Below the pieces are notes generated by a model that made no database searches, had not been told where the DNA came from, and saw only the letters and a program-made list of their open reading frames with translations. The position numbers were made by a program, and so were the translations under genes. 24,000 bases of DNA from Dyadobacter jiangsuensis (GTDB taxonomy: Bacteria; Bacteroidota; Bacteroidia; Cytophagales; Spirosomataceae), in NCBI RefSeq assembly GCF_003014695.1, contig NZ_PYAS01000001.1, positions 468,738 to 492,737 of the forward strand, written 5' to 3'. Positions 14,848-21,086 of this stretch are shown piece by piece (positions within the stretch are counted from its first letter, which is position 1; each line of letters begins with the position of its first letter).

Positions 14848-16173
14848 TTATTGCAATGTCACTTTAATGATATTGTTGATCGCCGGAAGCGTCGTGAACT
14901 TGTTCGGGTTGGGGACGGGCGCGATGGCTTTGCTCTCATTCAATGGTGTGCCTGCCAGATTGAATTGCGTAATGCCCGCGCCGGGGAACTGGTCGATGGC
15001 CGTGCCGTTATCATATAATCCGACAGCCCCCGAAATATCGCCGCTGGCATTACCGTCGATATCGTTGCCACTTGTAGCAAAGAACCAGTCGTTCGAGAAG
15101 CCGTACATGGTCGCAATGGCGATGCGGTCGCCGGATGTAAGCGTGAGCGGTTGCGAAACTTTGCCGCCTGTATTCCCGCCGATTTTCGGCAATAGCACCG
15201 TGCTCATCGGTTCTTTGAGGACGTATACATTTTTAATGCCGGCTTTCATTTTCAATGCGGCAGCCAGCACGTCGGCATTTCCTTTTTGTGCAAGTTCTTT
15301 CAGGCCTTCGCCGCGGTCATTCTCGCCGGATTTGAAAAACGGATTTTCATTACCGTTGTAAACCACCACCAATACCGGTGAAAGTGGCGTGAAAATGCCG
15401 GTTTGCGAGGCCAGCCAGGTACTCATCGGGGCATTGTCGCCGGCTTCGGCGATGGGGGTCAGTGCATCGGTGGTGGCTTTGCCTTCGGAATAAACGGGTT
15501 CGGGAAGCAGCAGGTTACCGCCTGCCACGTAAGAAATGGCCCATACGCCGGGGCTGAAAGGCGTCTCGTTGGCGGTGCCCCCCGACTGGTTTTTAATCGT
15601 AATGGTAAACATCGAGCTGCCGTCATAGGCCAGGGAGACGTTCATGAGCTGGGAGGCAGGCAGGAATGCATGGCCATAGTCGTCCATTCCCGTTACTTCC
15701 TTGATATTGCGCGGCGTGGCTTCGGCTGTACCCGGGTGCGTTACGCCCATGCCGGGCGCCTGGTTCACGCGGGAGCCATTGTCCCAGAGTTTGATCTGGG
15801 TGGAAACGTCGCCCGTAATAGGGGCACCATTGTCGTCGTACAGCCTGATCCCCGGATTGGCAGGGGCAAAGAAAAGGTCATTGCTCCATCCGTACATGGT
15901 GGCGAAGGTAAGGCGCTGGTTTTTGGCGGCTGAAAACGAGAAGGATACCGATTGGCCCGGCAATATCACGGGCGGCGTGCCGGTTCCTTTGAATGTGCCC
16001 GATTGCACAAGCGGTTTGGCGTCGAGGACGTTTTCAATGGTAAGGGTTTTGGCGGTCGGCTGCGGGTCGTGGTCGTCGGTGCAGGCTCCGAAAATGAGGG
16101 CCGTCAGCGACAGCCCGAGTAGTGATCTGATCATGTCTGTTTCCGTTTTGAATCGTTGGATGATGCAAAGCAA
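14848..16173 (-). CDS. Lipoprotein with two spondin_N-like repeats
   Basis: The likely start is ATG 16134 (MIRSLLGLSLTALIFGAC, lipobox). There is an internal duplication (TFATMYGWSNDLFFAP..IRLYDDNG..NQAPGMG and IAIATMYGFSNDWFFAT..VGLYDNGTAIDQFPGAG). FSPGVWAISY and PFFKSGE..GEGLKELAQKGNADVLAAAL resemble bacterial spondin-domain proteins; that assignment is from memory. Its stop is 2 nt from the next gene's start. Confidence 0.75.
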   Translation of the reverse strand: MLCIIQRFKTETDMIRSLLGLSLTALIFGACTDDHDPQPTAKTLTIENVLDAKPLVQSGTFKGTGTPPVILPGQSVSFSFSAAKNQRLTFATMYGWSNDLFFAPANPGIRLYDDNGAPITGDVSTQIKLWDNGSRVNQAPGMGVTHPGTAEATPRNIKEVTGMDDYGHAFLPASQLMNVSLAYDGSSMFTITIKNQSGGTANETPFSPGVWAISYVAGGNLLLPEPVYSEGKATTDALTPIAEAGDNAPMSTWLASQTGIFTPLSPVLVVVYNGNENPFFKSGENDRGEGLKELAQKGNADVLAAALKMKAGIKNVYVLKEPMSTVLLPKIGGNTGGKVSQPLTLTSGDRIAIATMYGFSNDWFFATSGNDIDGNASGDISGAVGLYDNGTAIDQFPGAGITQFNLAGTPLNESKAIAPVPNPNKFTTLPAINNIIKVTLQ

Positions 16174-16272
16174 CCAACACGGTATCCCGGCAGCGTCACG
16201 GAATTATAACAAAAGTATCACAGCGGTATTCCGCGCTGTTTTATTTGTAAACTTTGCAGAAAATCAGCGGAT
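16135..16272. promoter_or_regulatory. Divergent control region between the spondin-YHS-DoxX-DinB-NRDE operon and the two-component system genes
   Basis: 138-nt gap between divergent starts. On the minus strand there is an exact TAnnTTTG match (TACTTTTG, about 16217-16210), the Bacteroidota -7 consensus, about 76 nt before the ATG. A near-match, AAACTTTG, lies on the plus strand about 17 nt before the regulator ATG. A 10-bp direct repeat CGGTATCCCG / CGGTATTCCG (about 16180-16189 and 16224-16233) flanks the -7 box. Confidence 0.45.
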
Positions 16273-16977
16273 ATGGACACCAAAAACGTGTTGATCGTCG
16301 AGGACGATACCAACATTACCGAATTGCTTTCGATCCACCTTTCGGACCTGGGATGCAAGGTGGTCTCAGAGAAAAACGGGCAGAACGGCCTCACGCGGGC
16401 GCAAGACGAAAATTTTGACCTGATCATACTTGATGTGATGCTGCCTGGCCTGAATGGAATGGAGATATGCCGGAAAATCAGGCAGGCCGACCGGCAGACG
16501 CCCATCATGATGCTTACCGCGCGTTCGGAGGAAATAGACAAGGTAATGGGCCTCGAAACCGGTGCCGACGATTACCTTACCAAGCCTTTCAGCGTGCGCG
16601 AGTTTATTGCACGGGTGCGGGTGATATTCAGAAGAAGTGAGGAGAAGGCACGTTACGCGGCGCCGGTGCCGCAGCTGATCCGTATTGCAGGGCTGGAAAT
16701 CGATATGGACAAGCGCAAGGTAATGCTGCACGGCGAACGGCTCGATTTATCGCCGCGTGAATTTGAACTGATCGTGCTGTTGGCGTCGAATCCGGGGAAA
16801 AGTTACAGCCGCAAGCAGCTGCTGAGTCTCGTGTGGGGCTACGATTTCGAGGGATACGAGCATACGGTCAATACGCATATCAATCGGCTGAGAGGAAAAA
16901 TCGAGGCCGATGCTTCCAATCCTGTATTTGTTTTAACCACCTGGGGCATCGGCTACCGGTTTAACGAAGATCTGTGA
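16273..16977 (+). CDS. OmpR/PhoB-family response regulator (receiver plus winged-helix DNA-binding domain)
   Basis: 234 aa. Receiver motifs are VLIVEDD, DLIILDVMLPGLNG, IMMLTA and KPF. The C-terminal winged helix reads LSPREFELIVLLASNPGKSYSRKQLL..VWG..Y....TVNTHINRLRGKIE....VLTTWGIGYRF. Confidence 0.95.
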   Translation: MDTKNVLIVEDDTNITELLSIHLSDLGCKVVSEKNGQNGLTRAQDENFDLIILDVMLPGLNGMEICRKIRQADRQTPIMMLTARSEEIDKVMGLETGADDYLTKPFSVREFIARVRVIFRRSEEKARYAAPVPQLIRIAGLEIDMDKRKVMLHGERLDLSPREFELIVLLASNPGKSYSRKQLLSLVWGYDFEGYEHTVNTHINRLRGKIEADASNPVFVLTTWGIGYRFNEDL

Positions 16978-16978
16978 A

Positions 16979-18445
16979 ATGTCAGTAAGAACCATCGGGG
17001 GTAACCTTCTCTTCTGGAAAATAAGCGGTGTTTTTACGAGCCTGCTGATCATCCTCGGCATCATATTCGTCATGATCGCCTCCCGGTTTTCGAAGTCGTA
17101 TTATATGACAGCCCACCAACAGCTGTACGGTGGAATCGCGCAGCACCTGGCCACATTTACCCAGCCCATTAAAAATGGCAAGCCCGATACGACGGTTACG
17201 CACGACATTATCCATTCCACCATGGTCGCGAATCCGAGCGTAGAAGTATACCTCCTCGACACGCTCGGGAACATTACCGACTACGTGGTGCCCCAGGCCT
17301 CCGTACAGATGAAGCGGGTCGATATGGCGATCGTGCGCGAATGGCTTGCCTCGGATGCCGGTAAACCCATGGGCGATAATCCGAAGCATCCCGGCGAAGC
17401 CAGTATTTTCTCGGTGGCACCGGTGCTGGAAAACGGCGTGAAGGTCGGGTATGTGTACGCGGTGCTCGCGAGCGAGACCCAGAAACAGATTCTCGCCTCG
17501 CTGACCGACGACCTGAATTTCAGGCTGGCTGCCTACATTTTTTTCGCTGCATTGCTTGGGGCGTTTGTCGTGGGAATTGTCACATTCTTTCTCATCACCG
17601 ATAGCATATGCAGCATTGCCGGCGTCGTGAAAAGGTTCAAGGATGGCGATCACGCTGCACGCGTGCACGGGTATGCGACGGGGAACCTGGGCGTACTAAC
17701 CTCCACATTCAACGACATGGCCGATGTGATCGTCGATAATATCGAAAAGATCACCGCCACCGACCGGCTCCGGCAGGAACTGATCGCCAATGTTTCGCAC
17801 GATTTACGGACACCGCTTTCGATTATGCAGGGGTACGTCGAGACGATGATGATCAAAAAGGATACGCTCTCGGAGCCGGAGAAGGAGCGGTACCTGGCTA
17901 TTGTGCAGGAAGGGACCCGCAAGCTTTCGGGGCTGGTGGACCAGTTGTTTCAATACTCGAAACTGGAAGCGAATGTGGTGTCGGTACAAAAAGAGGTATT
18001 TCCCCTGGATGAGCTGGTTTCGGACATCCTCAGCTCGTACCAACTGAAAGCCGACGAGCGGGGCATCCGGCTCTCGATGGAAACCGTTCCCGCCCTGCCG
18101 CCCGTTTTTGCCGATATCGCGCTGACGGAACGGGTGTTCCAGAACCTGCTCGACAATGCTTTCAAGTTTACCCCGGAAGGCGGGCAGATTACCGTACGCC
18201 TCGAAGACTCCGGTAAAGGGATCAAAATCCGGGTTGCCGACACAGGAGTAGGTATTGCGAAGGCTTACCAGGAGCAGATTTTCGAACGCTACAAGCAGGC
18301 GGAAATGTACCCGTCGGGGCAGAAGGGCGCAGGCCTCGGCTTGGCGATCGTTCGGAAAATACTGGAATTACATCAAACCACGATCGAGGTAGTCAGCGAG
18401 AGTGGGAAAGGTGCTGCTTTTGAATTTGTCATGCACCGGGCATAA
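16979..18445 (+). CDS. Sensor histidine kinase (2 TM helices, periplasmic domain, HAMP, HisKA, HATPase_c)
   Basis: 488 aa. TM1 is VFTSLLIILGIIFVMIA, followed by a periplasmic segment of about 150 aa and TM2 LAAYIFFAALLGAFVVGIVTFFLI. Other motifs are a HAMP domain, H-box ANVSHDLRTPL, N-box LLDNAFKFTPEGG, G1 VADTGVGI and G2 GAGLGLAIV. The ATG is 1 nt after the regulator's stop. Confidence 0.95.
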   Translation: MSVRTIGGNLLFWKISGVFTSLLIILGIIFVMIASRFSKSYYMTAHQQLYGGIAQHLATFTQPIKNGKPDTTVTHDIIHSTMVANPSVEVYLLDTLGNITDYVVPQASVQMKRVDMAIVREWLASDAGKPMGDNPKHPGEASIFSVAPVLENGVKVGYVYAVLASETQKQILASLTDDLNFRLAAYIFFAALLGAFVVGIVTFFLITDSICSIAGVVKRFKDGDHAARVHGYATGNLGVLTSTFNDMADVIVDNIEKITATDRLRQELIANVSHDLRTPLSIMQGYVETMMIKKDTLSEPEKERYLAIVQEGTRKLSGLVDQLFQYSKLEANVVSVQKEVFPLDELVSDILSSYQLKADERGIRLSMETVPALPPVFADIALTERVFQNLLDNAFKFTPEGGQITVRLEDSGKGIKIRVADTGVGIAKAYQEQIFERYKQAEMYPSGQKGAGLGLAIVRKILELHQTTIEVVSESGKGAAFEFVMHRA

Positions 18446-18459
18446 TATTGGCTGGGAAA

Positions 18460-18530
18460 CGTTGCCGCGCAAGCGTTGCCCGACAAAGGTTGCCCCGCAA
18501 GGGTTGCCGGGCAACGCTTGCCCCGCATAA
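18460..18530. repeat. Five tandem ~14-bp GTTGCC(N3-4)GCAA units forming a nested hairpin; probable terminator of the kinase gene
   Basis: The units are CGTTGCCGCGCAAG, CGTTGCCCGACAAAG, GTTGCCCCGCAAGG, GTTGCCGGGCAAC and GCTTGCCCCGCATAA. GCAAGCGTTGCC (18469-18480) is perfectly complementary to GGCAACGCTTGC (18510-18521). It is followed by ..ATAAATTTTTA, and the array starts 15 nt after the kinase stop. Confidence 0.6.
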
Positions 18531-18593
18531 ATTTTTACGTTTACTTTAAGCGGCTAACGGGAGCGCATTGTAAAGGAGACTAAGCTGATTATT

Positions 18594-20441
18594 GTGAAAC
18601 AAGCGACCATTAAGAAATTTCGCTCATTCCTGAAATTCAAAAGGGGGCTGACTGCGTACAGTTTAAGAAAGTTCAAACTCTATGAAGTCATTGTCTTTTG
18701 GCTTAAAAGCATCCTTACCCGGTCGCAGTTCCTGATCCTATCGGGGATATTGGTGGGATGCAGTGCTGGATTGGCCGGTGTGGTCTTAAAATCGCTGGTC
18801 CATGCCATTCATCACCTGATTACCCACAAGGTCCATTTCGAAACCCAGATTTTCTTTTATGCGGTGTTCCCCTTCCTGGGGATCGTACTCACTTCCCTTG
18901 TCGTTGTCCTGTTCTTCGGGGGCAATGACCGGAAAGGCATACCTGCCATTTTGCACGAGATCGCGCAGAATTCCAGTATCGTGGCTCCGGTAAAAATGTA
19001 CTCCCAGGTGGTGCAAAGTGCTATAACCGTGGGGCTTGGGGGCTCGGCCGGTCTGGAAAGTCCTATTGCGGTAACCGGTTCGGCGATCGGATCCAATTTC
19101 GCACAAACCTATAAACTCGATTACCGCGAGCGTACTTTGTTGCTTGCCGCGGGCGCCACGGCGGGGATCGCTTCGGCATTCAACGCTCCGATTGCCGGGA
19201 TGATGTTCGCTGTCGAAATACTGCTTACCGGTGTGGTGTTCACCGATTTCATACCGCTCGTACTGGCTGCCGTCTGCGGCAATGTGCTTTCCAGAATGCT
19301 GCTCAATGAGGAAACCCTTTTCCATTTCAGCAGCCGGCACCCGTTTAACTACCATAATCTGCCCTTTTACCTTGTGTTGGGCGCATTGTGTGGACTTTAT
19401 GCCCGGTATTTTGTGGTAATCGGGCATCAGGTCGAGCGATTTTTTGGCAACCTGAAAGGCGGAAGGTTAAGAAAAGCCATGATCGGGGGCGGGATGCTGT
19501 CGGTACTTTGCGTGTTGTACCCACCGTTGTTCGGGGAGGGTTACGAAACCGTCAAGGCACTGGTCAACGGGCAGGTGGGGGAGTTGATGGAAAACAGTTT
19601 TTTCGGTATCGTCGGCGGGCAGCGGTGGGCGGTTGTGGTGTTTCTGACGATTGTTTGCCTCCTGAAAGCATTTGCCAGTTCCATCACCATTTTCAGCGGC
19701 GGTAATGGCGGTAACTTTGCGCCGTCGCTTTTTGCAGGCGGTACCCTCGGATTTGTATTTGCATTATTCTGCAACTTTATCGGCATTTCCGATGTACCCG
19801 TAGCCAACCTGGTGCTGGTGGGGATGGCGGGCGTCATGAGCGGCGTGCTTTATGCCCCGCTGACGGCCATATTTCTTATCGCCGAATCCAGCTCGGGATA
19901 CGACCTGTTTATTCCCCTCATGGTGGTAGGCGTGATGTCGTTCCTGATCTCCAAATGGTTTTCTACCATTTCTCCCGATTTGCAAAGGCTGGCCGATGAG
20001 GGCAAAATATTCACCCGGGAACACGACCGGAACCTGCTTTCGCAGTTGAATACCCTGGATTTCATCGACAGGGACGTGCCCGTCGTGGACATCGACCTGC
20101 CATTTGAAAATTTCGTTGATGCATTGCATGAAAACAGCCATAACCACCTGGCTGTGGTGGACCGTAATGGTATTTTTCGTGGGATGATCCTCGTGAAAGA
20201 CCTCTATCCCTACCTTTTTGCAACGGGAGAAGTTGCTGGCTTATCGGTAGCGTCGTTCGTACGCCAGCCGCCGGCGACCGTCGGGGAAAACGAGCCCGTC
20301 GCCCGGATTGTGACCCGATTTGACCAAACCGGTTCCTGGCATTTGCCGGTCGTTGATCCTCAGGGCCGTTACATCGGTTTTATCGCAAAATCGAGGTTGC
20401 TCGATCGTTACCGCAGCTTGCTTCAAGCGCATTCGGGCTGA
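18594..20441 (+). CDS. ClC-family chloride channel / Cl-:H+ antiporter homolog with C-terminal CBS pair
   Basis: 615 aa. ClC motifs are KGIPAI (GSGIP position), GGSAGLESP (GREGP position, Glu retained), AFNAPIAGMMFAVE, GGNFAPSLF and SSGYDLFIPL. The C-terminus is CBS-like (VVDRNGIFRGMILVKDL.. / LPVVDPQGRYIGFIAKSRLL). The GTG start at 18594 is the only in-frame start before the first TM region. Confidence 0.9.
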   Translation: MKQATIKKFRSFLKFKRGLTAYSLRKFKLYEVIVFWLKSILTRSQFLILSGILVGCSAGLAGVVLKSLVHAIHHLITHKVHFETQIFFYAVFPFLGIVLTSLVVVLFFGGNDRKGIPAILHEIAQNSSIVAPVKMYSQVVQSAITVGLGGSAGLESPIAVTGSAIGSNFAQTYKLDYRERTLLLAAGATAGIASAFNAPIAGMMFAVEILLTGVVFTDFIPLVLAAVCGNVLSRMLLNEETLFHFSSRHPFNYHNLPFYLVLGALCGLYARYFVVIGHQVERFFGNLKGGRLRKAMIGGGMLSVLCVLYPPLFGEGYETVKALVNGQVGELMENSFFGIVGGQRWAVVVFLTIVCLLKAFASSITIFSGGNGGNFAPSLFAGGTLGFVFALFCNFIGISDVPVANLVLVGMAGVMSGVLYAPLTAIFLIAESSSGYDLFIPLMVVGVMSFLISKWFSTISPDLQRLADEGKIFTREHDRNLLSQLNTLDFIDRDVPVVDIDLPFENFVDALHENSHNHLAVVDRNGIFRGMILVKDLYPYLFATGEVAGLSVASFVRQPPATVGENEPVARIVTRFDQTGSWHLPVVDPQGRYIGFIAKSRLLDRYRSLLQAHSG

Positions 20442-20510
20442 TTTTGCCTTTGTTTAAAAGAATACTTTTTTAACTTGCCAGCCCTGTATTTCTCACCAGA
20501 ACCACGTGCT

Positions 20511-21086
20511 ATGGCATTCAACAGATACCTTTTTGCTACCCTCGTCGCCCTGAGCCTGCTGAGCGGCTGCCAGGACAAGGAAAGAGCCCACGAGCTCGAC
20601 GTACGCGAGCAGGGCATACTTGCGCGCGAGAAAGAATTTGCGATTAAAGAAGCTGACTACCAGTCGCTTATGCGAATGCGCGACAGCCTGCTGACCCGGA
20701 AGGACACGGCGGTTGTAATCCAGCGCTGGCCCGAGGAGATCGCCGGGATCTGGGCGGGTAAGTCGGTATGCCGGGAGTCCAATTGCAGCGAATATGTGAT
20801 AGGGGATCTGCGTTCCAACACCTGGGAATTTGTAAGTGACTCCACCGGGCTTTATACCCGTGTGATCAATAACAACAAGGTAGTCAGGGTGTATTCGGCA
20901 AAGTACGATAGTACCAGCATCCAGCTCCATTATACCAGCGACTCGTCGGCCGCGAAGAATATGGAAATGAATGTGGAATTGACCCGTGATAACAAGAATC
21001 TGATCAAGGGAATGCAGACGACAGCCATCGACAAATCCTGCACCGCGAAATTTTCCATTGAGCTAAACCGCCTAACCAACCGCTAG
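20511..21086 (+). CDS. Hypothetical lipoprotein
   Basis: Internal ATG at 20511 gives MAFNRYLFATLVALSLLSGC (lipobox). A charged helical segment follows, then a beta-rich domain. Its TAG stop is immediately followed by the ATG of the antiporter gene (TAGATG). Confidence 0.75.
   Translation: MAFNRYLFATLVALSLLSGCQDKERAHELDVREQGILAREKEFAIKEADYQSLMRMRDSLLTRKDTAVVIQRWPEEIAGIWAGKSVCRESNCSEYVIGDLRSNTWEFVSDSTGLYTRVINNNKVVRVYSAKYDSTSIQLHYTSDSSAAKNMEMNVELTRDNKNLIKGMQTTAIDKSCTAKFSIELNRLTNR

Noticed and set aside
18460-18530. CRISPR-like array
   Set aside because: The repeat units are only about 14 bp and directly abut each other without spacers. No cas genes are present in the window.
18446-18593. Possible fluoride (crcB-motif) riboswitch upstream of the ClC gene
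   Set aside because: ClC-F genes often carry one, but I could not find the conserved GGnGAUGG..., AACCGCC and CUGAUG... cores. Only a fortuitous GCTGATT is present. The protein also has canonical ClC rather than CLC-F-like motifs.
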